Source: Bryobacterales bacterium
GTDB taxonomy: Bacteria > Acidobacteriota > Terriglobia > Bryobacterales > UBA6623
NCBI GenBank assembly: GCA_028819575.1
Contig: JAPPLB010000051.1
Coordinates: forward strand, 10,978 to 74,977
Length of the DNA stretch: 64,000 nucleotides
Direction of reading: 5' to 3'
Part shown: positions 20,501 to 29,353 of the stretch, in pieces
Numbering within the stretch: the stretch's first letter is position 1
Layout: the number at the start of each line of letters is the position of its first letter
Notes under the pieces: generated by a model
The model's input: only the letters and a program-made list of their open reading frames with translations
Database searches by the model: none
Told to the model about the DNA's origin: nothing
Translations under genes and position numbers: made by a program

Positions 20501-20684
20501 TGGCCTGCATTTCTCACCACGCGGCGAGATGAAGTGCGTGAGAGGGACGCCAGGACGAGGCGCGAGCCGCTTGGCGCGCGCAGGCGTACTTGAACAGTTC
20601 GTCGAGCACGGCAAGCAAGCGCAACGAAGTCCTGGCGGTCGTATCGCGTACTCCGGCCGACATGCGGTGAGAAATGCAGGCTAG
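20501..20684 (+). mobile_element. Family-1 MITE-like element, copy 8 (short-centre variant)
   Basis: TGGCCTGCATTTCTCACCACGCGG...GCGGTGAGAAATGCAGGCTAG. It lies in a divergent promoter region. Confidence 0.9.
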
Positions 20685-20732
20685 TCGCATCCACCCCTTC
20701 ATGCAAAGCCTTGACGTGGAAAAATACAAGGG

Positions 20733-23177
20733 ATGATTCGTTGGGCGGCAGTCTGTTTGTTGCTGGGGACGCCTCTGGCGGCGCAGGACATGGCGGCCGG
20801 CCTCGTCGGCGAATACCGCGACGATCAGCGGTCCGTCAATCTGGTGGTCGCTTCACCGAACTTTTATCTGCATCCCGGCGAATCGCTCCATCCGGCGTTG
20901 CGTCCTTCGTTCGAGGCCGAGTGGACCGGTTGGCTGTCCATTCTCAGGACCGGGACTTATTCTTTCCGCGGCGCGGAAATAGCCGTCAATGGACATGCGG
21001 TCAGCGCGGGCGGGATGCCGCTCGATCCGGGGCGGCATGAGATTCGTATCTCATACCGGCGTCAGGCTGGACCGGCTGCGCTGCAAATCATGTGGAAGGC
21101 GGAACACTTCGACTGGGAGCCAATCCCCACGGACCGCTTCTTTCACGACCCTCGGGAGGTGGACGAAGAACATCGATGGATCGAAAAGGGCCGCCGCCTC
21201 GCCGAAAAACTGGGCTGTGCGAACTGCCACGATGCGGCGTCTCCCTCCTTGCGGGCGCGTCCGGGTCCCAGCCTTCTTGGGATTGGCTCGCGGCGGAAGA
21301 GCCCGTGGCTCTATCACTGGCTGCGAGACCCTGCCGGATTCCGTTCCGACGCTCTGATGCCTGACAGCCTCGGGAGCGATCGGAAGTACCGCGACGTTGC
21401 TGCTTATCTGGCTGCTCAGGTTTCCGAAGAGCCGCTAAACGACATTGGAAGGATCGGGGGGCGTGATCGGGAAACGGGACGGTCTCTCTTGAATTCGCTG
21501 GGGTGCCGTGCCTGTCATCATCGAAACTCGCTGGACCTGGTCGGACTCGGATCGAAGATGGATGCTGCGGCACTCGCCGCATACCTCCAGGACCCGGCGC
21601 CGCACGATCGGAGCGGCGAGATGCCGTCGTTGAACCTGACTCCCCAGGAAGCAAAGCAATTGGCAGGCGCATTGGTCGATTCGAGGAATGAAACCTATGA
21701 GGTCGAGTTCACTGGCGGGAATGCGGATCGCGGCGAGAAGTTGATTCGCTCTGCCCGGTGTTCGGCCTGTCACGAGTTGGCCCCCGGCAATGACAAGGAA
21801 CCGCTGCACCGCTTGCCGGATATGAGCAGCCTGCGCTCCGGCCGAGGGTGTATGTCCCCTGAACCGGCCGGGTCCGTTCCCCGTTTTCGGTTTTCTGCTG
21901 AGGAACGCCGCGCTTTGACGGCATTCGTGAAGTGGTATCGCGCCGCTCCGGATATCAGCCCGGCCCCGGTCTACGATTTCTATCGGCGGCTCGCGCAACT
22001 GCGCTGCACGGCTTGTCATGCGTTGGACTCGAGCAAACCCTCACTGTCGATTCCCGAAACAGGGCCGCCCCTCACCGGCCTCGGTTGGCGGATGACGCTG
22101 ATGTGGCTGCGAGGCGTTCTCAAGGGAACGAATCGTACTCACGCCGAAATCGAGCTTCGCATGCCGCGGTACCAGGAGGCGCAGATGCTGCCGTTGGTGG
22201 ACGGCTTTGCGCGTTCGGCGGGACTGAATCCGGATACGCATGGGACGATCCCTGAAGAAATCTCGCCAATGAGCGCAGTCGGCGTGGACATGCTCGGCAC
22301 GAACACGGCGGCGGGTGGCCTGGGGTGTATCGGCTGTCATGGTTTCGGCGAACACGATGCTCTCGGTGAAGAAGGCCCGCCGCTCACGGAAGTCGCGCGG
22401 AGAGTCCGGAATGAGTGGTTCCGGCGTTGGATGCGGGACCCGGCGCGCATCCTGTCCGGCACCTCGATGCCCAACTATTTTGGTTTGCTCCCGGCCGATG
22501 TCGCGGGCGCCAGGATCGATGCGTTGTGGGCCGCGCTTTCCCTTGGGGAAAAGATGCCGCTGCCCGAAGGCTTCGAGCACGCCCGCGGCGAACAAGGCAG
22601 CGAAGCTCTTCCGGTGGCGATGGACAAGCCCATCGTCATTCGTTTCGATATGCCGGAAGCCACACCGGCCGCGATCGCGGTCGGATTGCCCGATGGCGTC
22701 TCTTTTTGCTTTGACGCCGGAGAATCGCGGCTGCGCTATGCCTGGCTCGGCGGCTTCGTCGATATGACCGGCACGCTTTACGAGAAACGCGATCGGGAAA
22801 CCAGGTTGACTCGCACGGCCGAGATCATCGGCGAGATTTTTTATCGCTCCGGCGGGTTCCCCCTCCGCGTCAACGACTTGCAGTATCTCCCGCAGCGGCG
22901 CTTCCGAGGATATCGGCTGGTCGACGGCCATCCGGAGTTCCATTACCAGGTTGAAGGACTGGATGTGTATGAGCGGATTACCGCAGACGAATCCGGCTCC
23001 GGCATCGTGCGGAATTTCCGGGTTTCGGAAGTGGATCGGCCGATGTGGTTGCTGGCGGCTCCGGGAGCCGGCTACTCGATTCAGTCCTCTCTGCCCGCGG
23101 CGGCGGACGGTCGATTCCGCATTCCGCCAGGTCGGGACGTTACGTTCACCATGACGATCAAGGCGGTTACCCATTGA
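20733..23177 (+). CDS. Large exported PA14-like / multi-CxxCH c-type cytochrome domain protein
   Basis: 814 aa. The N-terminus is GLVGEYRDDQRSVN...FYLHPGESL (PA14-like). Five CxxCH motifs are present (CANCH, CRACH, CSACH, CTACH, CIGCH). Confidence 0.7.
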   Translation: MIRWAAVCLLLGTPLAAQDMAAGLVGEYRDDQRSVNLVVASPNFYLHPGESLHPALRPSFEAEWTGWLSILRTGTYSFRGAEIAVNGHAVSAGGMPLDPGRHEIRISYRRQAGPAALQIMWKAEHFDWEPIPTDRFFHDPREVDEEHRWIEKGRRLAEKLGCANCHDAASPSLRARPGPSLLGIGSRRKSPWLYHWLRDPAGFRSDALMPDSLGSDRKYRDVAAYLAAQVSEEPLNDIGRIGGRDRETGRSLLNSLGCRACHHRNSLDLVGLGSKMDAAALAAYLQDPAPHDRSGEMPSLNLTPQEAKQLAGALVDSRNETYEVEFTGGNADRGEKLIRSARCSACHELAPGNDKEPLHRLPDMSSLRSGRGCMSPEPAGSVPRFRFSAEERRALTAFVKWYRAAPDISPAPVYDFYRRLAQLRCTACHALDSSKPSLSIPETGPPLTGLGWRMTLMWLRGVLKGTNRTHAEIELRMPRYQEAQMLPLVDGFARSAGLNPDTHGTIPEEISPMSAVGVDMLGTNTAAGGLGCIGCHGFGEHDALGEEGPPLTEVARRVRNEWFRRWMRDPARILSGTSMPNYFGLLPADVAGARIDALWAALSLGEKMPLPEGFEHARGEQGSEALPVAMDKPIVIRFDMPEATPAAIAVGLPDGVSFCFDAGESRLRYAWLGGFVDMTGTLYEKRDRETRLTRTAEIIGEIFYRSGGFPLRVNDLQYLPQRRFRGYRLVDGHPEFHYQVEGLDVYERITADESGSGIVRNFRVSEVDRPMWLLAAPGAGYSIQSSLPAAADGRFRIPPGRDVTFTMTIKAVTH

Positions 23178-24715
23178 TCGGTAAAACGGCAAGCAGCGCC
23201 GGGGTTCGGCGGCTGATAACAGTGATCCCGGTAGTCGTGATGTGCTTGTGCCTCACGTTCAGGCTCGTGGCGCAAGTCCCGTCGGACGCCTACCGGGTCG
23301 AATCCGTCCCGACGCCGAAGGGCATCGCCCCGGAAGTGAGTTCGATCTGCTTTGGACCCGACGGCCTCTTGTACGCCACATTCAGGCGCGGATACATTTA
23401 CTCGCTCGACACCGCGACCGGTCGCTGGCGGCGCTTCGCTGCGGGCCTGCACAACCCTCTCGGCATCCTGGCCGGCGGGCATGGCGAGTTCTTCGTCGCT
23501 CAGATCCCGGAGTTGACCCGAGTCGTCGACACCGACCGCGACGGCGAAGCCGACTTGTTTGAAACGCTGTCCGACGGTTGGGGGCTCTCCGGGAACTATC
23601 ACGAGTTCATCGCGGGACCCGTCCGCGACGCTGACGGCAATTTCTACGTGAGCCTCGGTCTCGCTTCCCGCGGGGCGGAACCACGGCCCCCGGTACGCGG
23701 CGAAATGACGGTTCGCGGGAGGCAGTCCGGGAATCCGGAAGAGGGCAAGGTCAATCGGGTCGGACACTACTCGCCGGTCCCGTACCGCGGTTGTGTGGTG
23801 AAGATCACTCCGGCGGGGAAACTCTCTCTGTTTGCCTGCGGCTTCCGGCAACCGAACGGATTGGGCATGAGTCCCCAAGGCGAGCTTTTTTCCGCGGATA
23901 ACCAGGGCGACTGGGTGGGAACGTCGCCGCTGCATCACGTCACCGAAAGGTCCTTTCACGGGCACCCGGCATCATTGAACTGGCATCCGGATTTCGTCGG
24001 TCGGGACCCGGTCGAGATCCCGATCGCGGAGCTGGACGGGAAGCGCAAGCGGCCGGCCATCCTGTTTCCTCAGAACGATATGGGCGGCTCGATCGCCCAC
24101 CCCGTGTTCGACGCGTCCGAGGGCGGGTTCGGTCCCTATGCGGGACAGCTCTTCGTTGCCGAATGGACCTATCCGCGAATCCACCGCGTCGATCTCGAAG
24201 TCGTTGGCGGCGAATACCAGGGAGCCGCCTTCCCGTTCGTCTATGAGAACGGCTTGCGCATGGCGAACAACCGTATGGCTTTCTCGACCGACGGAAAGAG
24301 CCTATACATTGCGCAGACTTCCCGCATCTGGGGTTCGATCGAGGGGCTGCAGAAAATTACCTGGACCGGCCGGGTTCCCATGGATATTCTGTCGATGAAG
24401 CTGACCCCGGGGGGTTTCGAGCTGACGTTCACGAAGCCGGTCGATCCGACAACGGCCGCACAGCCGTCAGCTTATTCGATGACCAGCTACTACTATCGAT
24501 ACCATGCAAACTATGGCTCTCCGAAAACCGATCTGGTCCCGGTGAAGGTCGAGAAAGTTGAACTCTCCGCTGATGGCTCCCGTGCAACCCTGACGCTGGA
24601 TCAGCTCGTCCCGGGCCGAGTCTACGACCTGCGGCCGTCCGGCATCAAGGCGGCCGACGGCGAGCCCCTGGCGGCAACGATCGCCGCCTACACGCTGAAT
24701 CGGCTCAAGGAATAG
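23174..24715 (+). CDS. Glucose/sorbosone-dehydrogenase-like beta-propeller protein, exported
   Basis: Motifs ICFGPDGLLYATFRRGYIYSLD, TDRDGEADLFETLSDGWG and DADGNFYVSLG. The proposed TTG start at 23174 overlaps the upstream TGA and gives a credible signal peptide (RRLITVIPVVVMCLCLTFRLVAQ). The start is uncertain; the track ORF begins at 23045 and ATG 23240 is another option. Confidence 0.65.
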   Translation: MIGKTASSAGVRRLITVIPVVVMCLCLTFRLVAQVPSDAYRVESVPTPKGIAPEVSSICFGPDGLLYATFRRGYIYSLDTATGRWRRFAAGLHNPLGILAGGHGEFFVAQIPELTRVVDTDRDGEADLFETLSDGWGLSGNYHEFIAGPVRDADGNFYVSLGLASRGAEPRPPVRGEMTVRGRQSGNPEEGKVNRVGHYSPVPYRGCVVKITPAGKLSLFACGFRQPNGLGMSPQGELFSADNQGDWVGTSPLHHVTERSFHGHPASLNWHPDFVGRDPVEIPIAELDGKRKRPAILFPQNDMGGSIAHPVFDASEGGFGPYAGQLFVAEWTYPRIHRVDLEVVGGEYQGAAFPFVYENGLRMANNRMAFSTDGKSLYIAQTSRIWGSIEGLQKITWTGRVPMDILSMKLTPGGFELTFTKPVDPTTAAQPSAYSMTSYYYRYHANYGSPKTDLVPVKVEKVELSADGSRATLTLDQLVPGRVYDLRPSGIKAADGEPLAATIAAYTLNRLKE

Positions 24716-24977
24716 CAGTCCGTGGTAAAAGTCCCGTGGGAGGCGCGGCGGGCTCCTGCGGTCGTTCGGCGCGGAGTGAAGAGGATGGCGATCCGGGTGA
24801 TCTCCTCCGACGAACGACAAAGCTGACGAGCGCAAATGTCCGTCGCCCGAAGGGTTACGCGCCACTTCCGTTCGGCTGTGCGCAGAGCGAGATGCCGCCT
24901 TCCTGAAGCGGCTAGACAGTACGCAATCGGTCCCGGGGCGCGTAACGCCACCTGCGTGACTTTTACCACGGGCTGCC
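24713..24977 (+). mobile_element. Family-2 TIR element, copy 2 (or a structured RNA)
   Basis: TA|GCAGTCCGTGGTAAAAGTC ... GACTTTTACCACGGGCTGC|CA. The closing helix matches at 17 of 18 positions (24716-24733 with 24958-24975). Nested internal helices include GTTACGCGCC/GGCGCGTAAC and GTCGTTCG/CGAACGAC. The TAG stop of 23174..24715 is the element's first 3 nt. Confidence 0.55.
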
Positions 24978-25065
24978 AAGCCCAATCGGCCGCCTTTGTC
25001 GCAAAACGGCGCATGCACTAAAATGAAATCTGCCCCTCGCGGGCAGTCTCACCTTTCCCTCAGAT

Positions 25066-25142
25066 CGGGGCGTGGCGCAGCCTGGTAGCGCGCCTGCTTC
25101 GGGAGCAGGAGGTCCGGAGTTCAAATCTCCGCGCCCCGACCA
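25066..25142 (+). tRNA. tRNA-Pro (anticodon CGG), CCA encoded
   Basis: The cloverleaf was folded by hand. Acceptor CGGGGCG/CGCCCCG, D arm GCGC-AGCCTGGTA-GCGC, anticodon arm CCTGC-TTCGGGA-GCAGG, T arm CCGGA-GTTCAAATC-TCCGC approx., 3' ACCA. Confidence 0.9.
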
Positions 25143-25325
25143 TCTGACTCGTCGTATTCTTGACGCGTTACGATCCCCTGCCGGAGCCGCAGTCGTTTGA
25201 GGCCCAGGTATATGAAATGCGCCGACGTGTGTGAGGGGAACAAGAAATAGGCAATCCGGTATTGGAGATAACGGAATGCATGAAGCCTGCGGTTCGATGC
25301 CGTATGCCTCATCCCGTCTTCGTGA

Positions 25326-26816
25326 TCAGGAACGGGGAGATTCTCGGATCATGCGATCCAGGATATTCTTCGTGATGCGCTGCTGCTTGGGGTTCACGCC
25401 AAACGTCCCTGCCCGTCCTGAAGTCCGGGCGGGTATGTGCCCCGGGGGCTGTGACAGTCCCTCCGGCCACCAGATAGTCCCTGCATTGAAGACCCAGTTG
25501 CCCTTCGAACAGGGGTAGACAATCGCCCGATGCTGGCGGATTTCGTTCTGTGAGCTTCGTTGTGGATAGATGGGGCCGGACGCCACCACCTGCAGACCTT
25601 CGATGTCCGCCAAGGGAGGGCCGTGATATTCCCAGCCAATGACGGCGCGAATCATGTCTCCGGCCTCCAGATTGGTGCCCTCGTAAATCCAGTGCTTGGG
25701 TTGGGTGACGATCCAGTCGCCGTAGCCCGAGCCGTACGACGTGGAACCCATCAACTTCTCTTCATCCGCAAACAATTCCTTTCGGGCGAAGGCGCGGCAG
25801 GAAGCGTTGGTTACGGAACTGTCATAGAAAATGATTTCATGATAGACGGAATTTCCTGAAAAGAAGGCAAAGCTGAGACCGTCGTCGCGAGCTTTCCGAG
25901 CGGCATCGAACATGTCGCGGGACCAATATTCGTCATGACCCACGGATAGAAAGACCTTGCTTGTATCCAAAATCCTGGAATCCAATTGCAAGTCCAGGTT
26001 TGAACAGTAGGTCACGTCGTAACCCTGCTGCTCGAGCCAGTAGACCATGGGGTGTTCCCAGAGCAGGAACTCTCCGGATCCCGCTGAGAGCGGTGCGTCC
26101 ACCACTTGGCAATACTTGGCGTAGGGCCGATCGAAGCTTACCCGTACGTTCGGCCCGGTATACCAGACGTTGGGTGTGCCGTCGTCGTAGATCGAGTCAT
26201 TGCCGGGCCACTTGTTGTAGGCCTGCCAGGTGAGATCGCTTACCTGACAGAGCACGTCGGACCGGCGATGTTCCTTGACGACGAAAATGAGATAGCTCTG
26301 GAAACCGGCCGGCTCGTCCCGCGTCAGTTTTGCCAGATACACTCCGCTCGGCCAGTCTTTCGGAATGGCTAGTTGTGTGCAGCGTTCCCAGCGGCATTCA
26401 CGCAGCCGCTCCGTGGTCATCAGGGGAACGGCCTGAGGTTCGCTCTTGAATGGCCCCAGCCGTGCCATGTGGCGCCCGCCGGCGCCCCCGTAATATCCCA
26501 TTCTGTAGATATCGATCAATACGCGTCCCGGCGGGTCGAGACTGACCATGAAGTCGATGGTCTCCCCCTTCAGGACACTGGTCTTCGAAGCGTAACCTTC
26601 GATCGCTGAAGAACGGAGACGCCGGTTGAGCGGGTACGAGGCCAACGTCCTGGGGTCATCGAATCGGTGATATTGGAGTTGCCACTCGACGGTGCCGGGT
26701 CTGCGGTTCTCCTGCACAACGGGATTATCTTTCCCCTGTGCCGGCATCGTTGATCTGGATATCAGCGGCGCCGACGCCAAGCCCGCCATTGACTTCAGTA
26801 GGATGCGGCGTTTCAT
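25326..26816 (-). CDS. N,N-dimethylformamidase beta-subunit-like (DUF6605) family protein, exported
   Basis: Start revised to ATG 26816 (MKRRILLKSMAGLASAPLI leader). Family-like motifs include VGHDEYWSRDMFDAARKARDDGLSFAFFSGNSVYH. Confidence 0.65.
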   Translation of the reverse strand: MKRRILLKSMAGLASAPLISRSTMPAQGKDNPVVQENRRPGTVEWQLQYHRFDDPRTLASYPLNRRLRSSAIEGYASKTSVLKGETIDFMVSLDPPGRVLIDIYRMGYYGGAGGRHMARLGPFKSEPQAVPLMTTERLRECRWERCTQLAIPKDWPSGVYLAKLTRDEPAGFQSYLIFVVKEHRRSDVLCQVSDLTWQAYNKWPGNDSIYDDGTPNVWYTGPNVRVSFDRPYAKYCQVVDAPLSAGSGEFLLWEHPMVYWLEQQGYDVTYCSNLDLQLDSRILDTSKVFLSVGHDEYWSRDMFDAARKARDDGLSFAFFSGNSVYHEIIFYDSSVTNASCRAFARKELFADEEKLMGSTSYGSGYGDWIVTQPKHWIYEGTNLEAGDMIRAVIGWEYHGPPLADIEGLQVVASGPIYPQRSSQNEIRQHRAIVYPCSKGNWVFNAGTIWWPEGLSQPPGHIPARTSGRAGTFGVNPKQQRITKNILDRMIRESPRS

Positions 26817-27286
26817 ATGCTTCTTCCTCTCGGGAGTTGGTAGCGAACCTCTTTGGGATTTGCCTTGGCGTGAATGTCTTTGAATAGCGAAGAGTCGAGG
26901 TGTGATCCCGACGGCCGGCTCTGGGAGCGTGCTCTGGCTGTGGAACCTCGACAGGTGGTTCCTCATCCGGCCGATTCGACGGATGGCGGCATGGTCTCGA
27001 GGCTGGCGAGCGTCTGCTGCCAATGGTAGCAATGGAGTCGGTCAGGGTGTGAAGACTTGGGACTGCTGGCTGAAGCCGTTGAAGCTGTGGACGCAGGTCC
27101 ACTCATGAAGCGCGGTCTTGGTGACTCGTTCGGCTTTGCCGTTGTCCGTGAGTACCTGAAGGACGTATGTCCGGACTCGGCCAAAGTCGTCGACCGCAGC
27201 GGGAGAAAGGCTGTGGTCTTCTTGCCGGGGAGCAATCTTCCCGGTAGTCCCCATTAGCCATGGGCTTGCGACGTATTGCGTGAGGT

Positions 27287-27363
27287 TGGTGGGCGGTCCG
27301 AGACTCGAACTCGGGACCTCCTGCTTGTAAGGCAGGCGCTCTAACCAACTGAGCTAACCGCCC
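27287..27363 (-). tRNA. tRNA-Val (anticodon UAC), CCA encoded
   Basis: The reverse complement GGGCGGTTAGCTCAGTTGGTTAGAGCGCCTGCCTTACAAGCAGGAGGTCCCGAGTTCGAGTCTCGGACCGCCCACCA folds into a complete cloverleaf. The anticodon loop is CTTACAA. Confidence 0.92.
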
Positions 27364-27365
27364 TG
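27325..27365. repeat. attL core: 41-bp direct repeat (tRNA-Val nt 1-39 plus 2 nt upstream)
   Basis: TTGTAAGGCAGGCGCTCTAACCAACTGAGCTAACCGCCCTG is identical to 37397-37437. The flanking bases differ on both sides. Confidence 0.9.
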
Positions 27366-27419
27366 CTCTTTCCTTTCAACAACTTACACCCTTGTCTCAT
27401 GGTTCTAAATCGTGCAATT

Positions 27420-27468
27420 GTCAAGAAACTGTCAAGAATTTGCTCTAACTGGCCAGAGCCGTCAAGAA
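27420..27468. promoter_or_regulatory. Candidate arm-type integrase-binding repeats (GTCAAGAA x3)
   Basis: GTCAAGAA occurs at 27420, 27431 and 27461, with 11-bp spacing for the first two. Related GTCAAAA/GTAAAGAA motifs lie at 37254, 37262 and 37273 next to attR. On the minus strand they read TTCTTGAC(A), so they could alternatively be -35-like boxes. Confidence 0.3.
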
Positions 27469-28596
27469 ATGCGTGTCGTGCTCACCGGCCTGCCGGTCCA
27501 GCTTCGCAAGGGCCTCACGCATCATCGACAGATTTGCTTGGCTGTACCGCTTGAAAACCGCAGCGTCGGACTGCCGGAGCATTTGTGTCACGAAACGATC
27601 CGCAACACCACCAGCGCTCAAACGCGTTGCAAAGGTGTGTCGAAGCTCGTACAACGCGAAGTGCGGCAAGCCCGCCTTCTGCAATGCGCGATCCCACATC
27701 TTGCGAACAGTCGTCAAGGGCCTGCCCGTAGACGTGTTCGGAAACAGGAATTCGGAATCGAGACTCGCCCTCATCTGCGAAACGAACGCTTCGCGGGCGC
27801 GATCCGTCATCGGCATATCCGCTACTCCGGCCACAGTCTTTGAATCTGGTATGTGTATCAGTCGGTTGGCCAGATCAACCTGAGTCTTCCTCATCGGTAT
27901 CAACTCGCGATAGGGACGGAGCCCCGTTTCGCACATGATCGTGATGATGTTGCGAAGGTGTACAGGTGCAGCAGCTTCCAGTCGTTCCTGTTCCGATGCT
28001 GTCAGGACGTGCGGTTTGCGAGTCGTGCCGGACAGCTTCACGGGAAACTCAGCCCCGTTGCACGGGTTCACAAGCAGCCGCCGTTTCTTAACCGCTTGAT
28101 TCAGGATGTGTCTGAGAACACGAAACTCCTGATTCACCGTTGACGGTTTCAGCCGACTGCCCAGTCTGATGCCGAGACTCGTATGAACGCGCTTCCGGGT
28201 GTTCAGGCGGGTCCTCAAGTACACTTCTACATCGTCGGTTGTTATGTCTTGTAGTCTCTGCATACCGAATCGCGGTCTGAGGAACTTTAGGGCGTTCTCG
28301 TTCGCAGCGTGTGTTTTCGGGCTGCATGACGGCGGTTTGGATCGGTTCGCAAGGAACCAGTCCGCCCACTGGTTGAACGTGAGCAAGCCGCTCTGCTCAA
28401 CACCCGGCAGCCGACCCTCATCACGGTCCACCAATCGCCGACGCAACACCTTCTGCGCTTCGGCCTTGTCTCTCTGACCTGTCGATTCCTGTCTGTACCT
28501 CCCTTCATCGTCCCAGTAGCCCATCTGCCAAACGCTTGAATCTTTGCGTAGGTACAGGCTCCCGTTGTCGTTACGTGGTCTTCCAACTCTACTCAT
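27445..28596 (-). CDS. int: Tyrosine recombinase / phage integrase
   Basis: C-terminal catalytic motifs: GLRPYRELIPMRKTQVDL (Arg), LYELRHTFATRLS (H-x-x-R) and FKRYSQ (Tyr region). The N-terminal SAM-like domain is present. The ATG at 28596 overlaps the TGA of the upstream excisionase ORF (ATGA). Confidence 0.9.
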   Translation of the reverse strand: MSRVGRPRNDNGSLYLRKDSSVWQMGYWDDEGRYRQESTGQRDKAEAQKVLRRRLVDRDEGRLPGVEQSGLLTFNQWADWFLANRSKPPSCSPKTHAANENALKFLRPRFGMQRLQDITTDDVEVYLRTRLNTRKRVHTSLGIRLGSRLKPSTVNQEFRVLRHILNQAVKKRRLLVNPCNGAEFPVKLSGTTRKPHVLTASEQERLEAAAPVHLRNIITIMCETGLRPYRELIPMRKTQVDLANRLIHIPDSKTVAGVADMPMTDRAREAFVSQMRASLDSEFLFPNTSTGRPLTTVRKMWDRALQKAGLPHFALYELRHTFATRLSAGGVADRFVTQMLRQSDAAVFKRYSQANLSMMREALAKLDRQAGEHDTHFLTALAS

Positions 28597-28799
28597 TGTC
28601 TGATTCCTCCATCGACATGAAACTGTTTCAGCCACTCGGCCAGTTCCGACTGGCGGAACCGGATCGCGCGGCCCATCATGCGGTAGTGAGGAATCTGCTT
28701 TCGCTCAACATGAGCATACACCAACGACGGGGAGACGCACAGGTACCGCGCAGCAGTCTTGACGTTGATGAAGGGTTCGGGTGATGCTGTTACTGGCAT
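28593..28799 (-). CDS. Excisionase-type helix-turn-helix DNA-binding protein (AlpA/Xis-like)
   Basis: 68 aa. INVKTAARYLCVSPSLVYAHVERKQIPHYRMMGRAIRFRQSELAEWL matches the HTH_17/excisionase pattern. It appears translationally coupled to int. Confidence 0.75.
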   Translation of the reverse strand: MPVTASPEPFINVKTAARYLCVSPSLVYAHVERKQIPHYRMMGRAIRFRQSELAEWLKQFHVDGGIRQ

Positions 28800-29017
28800 T
28801 TCGGTCTATATCTATTATTCCCACTCCGGCTGTTAAGCATTCTCTACAAGGCGTTTTAACGTGCTTAAGCGGCGTTTCTGGTGGTAAGGCCCTTTTCCGT
28901 GCCGTTCGCCGCTTACGCGCCAGCTACGGGCGAGGTTTTAACGCATTTCGGGCGCTGGAAACAGAAAAACGGCAAACCGGATGCCCGATCTACCGTCTTT
29001 CAAAAAGAAACAAGATA

Positions 29018-29212
29018 TTAAGGCGTCTTTTTGGCTCCAATGAAACGCGGCGCTTTTCCTTCTGGTCCTTGCAGTACAAGGGACAGAATTGAGTCCGCTT
29101 GATCGTGGATCGATGTAGCCTCAAAGTCCTGGTGCCTGTTGGCCCTTGAAGTTTCCCAAACGTGTTTCAGAACAGCCCTAAAGTCGCGTACCTGTGATTC
29201 TTCTGGAAACAT
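29018..29212 (-). CDS. Small island-borne hypothetical protein
   Basis: 64-aa ORF preceded by a strong SD (AAGGAGAT, 9 nt upstream of the ATG). No recognisable domain. Confidence 0.45.
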   Translation of the reverse strand: MFPEESQVRDFRAVLKHVWETSRANRHQDFEATSIHDQADSILSLVLQGPEGKAPRFIGAKKTP

Positions 29213-29353
29213 GATTACTCTATCTCCTTCATTGCTATTATACCGACTCCGGTTATACTCCGTCCCTGTTTTTTAACCAACAGGCAACCCCAAGGTGGTG
29301 GACATAAACACGGTATCTGTAATGGGTACCGGGTTTTTCTGTGGCACGGATTA

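Noticed and set aside
24716-25060. Possible RNase P RNA, tmRNA, SRP RNA, 6S RNA or cobalamin riboswitch between the propeller gene and tRNA-Pro
   Set aside because: GGTAAAAGTCCCGTGGG superficially resembles the RNase P GGAAAGTCCGGGC box. The other universally conserved RNase P, tmRNA and SRP motifs are absent, and no B12 box was seen. A second element with the same termini at 15791-15976 favours a repeat-family explanation, which is reported as a finding.
27042-27254. Possible DDE transposase/integrase-core remnant (minus strand ...VDDFGRVRTYVLQVLTDNGKAERVTKTALHEW...) next to the tRNA-Val 3' end
   Set aside because: The D-D-F-x-R and TDNGK-like strings resemble rve-domain motifs, but their spacing is far too short. 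The ORF is only 70 aa and the rest is unalignable by eye. It needs an HMM or TBLASTN test before being called a pseudogene.
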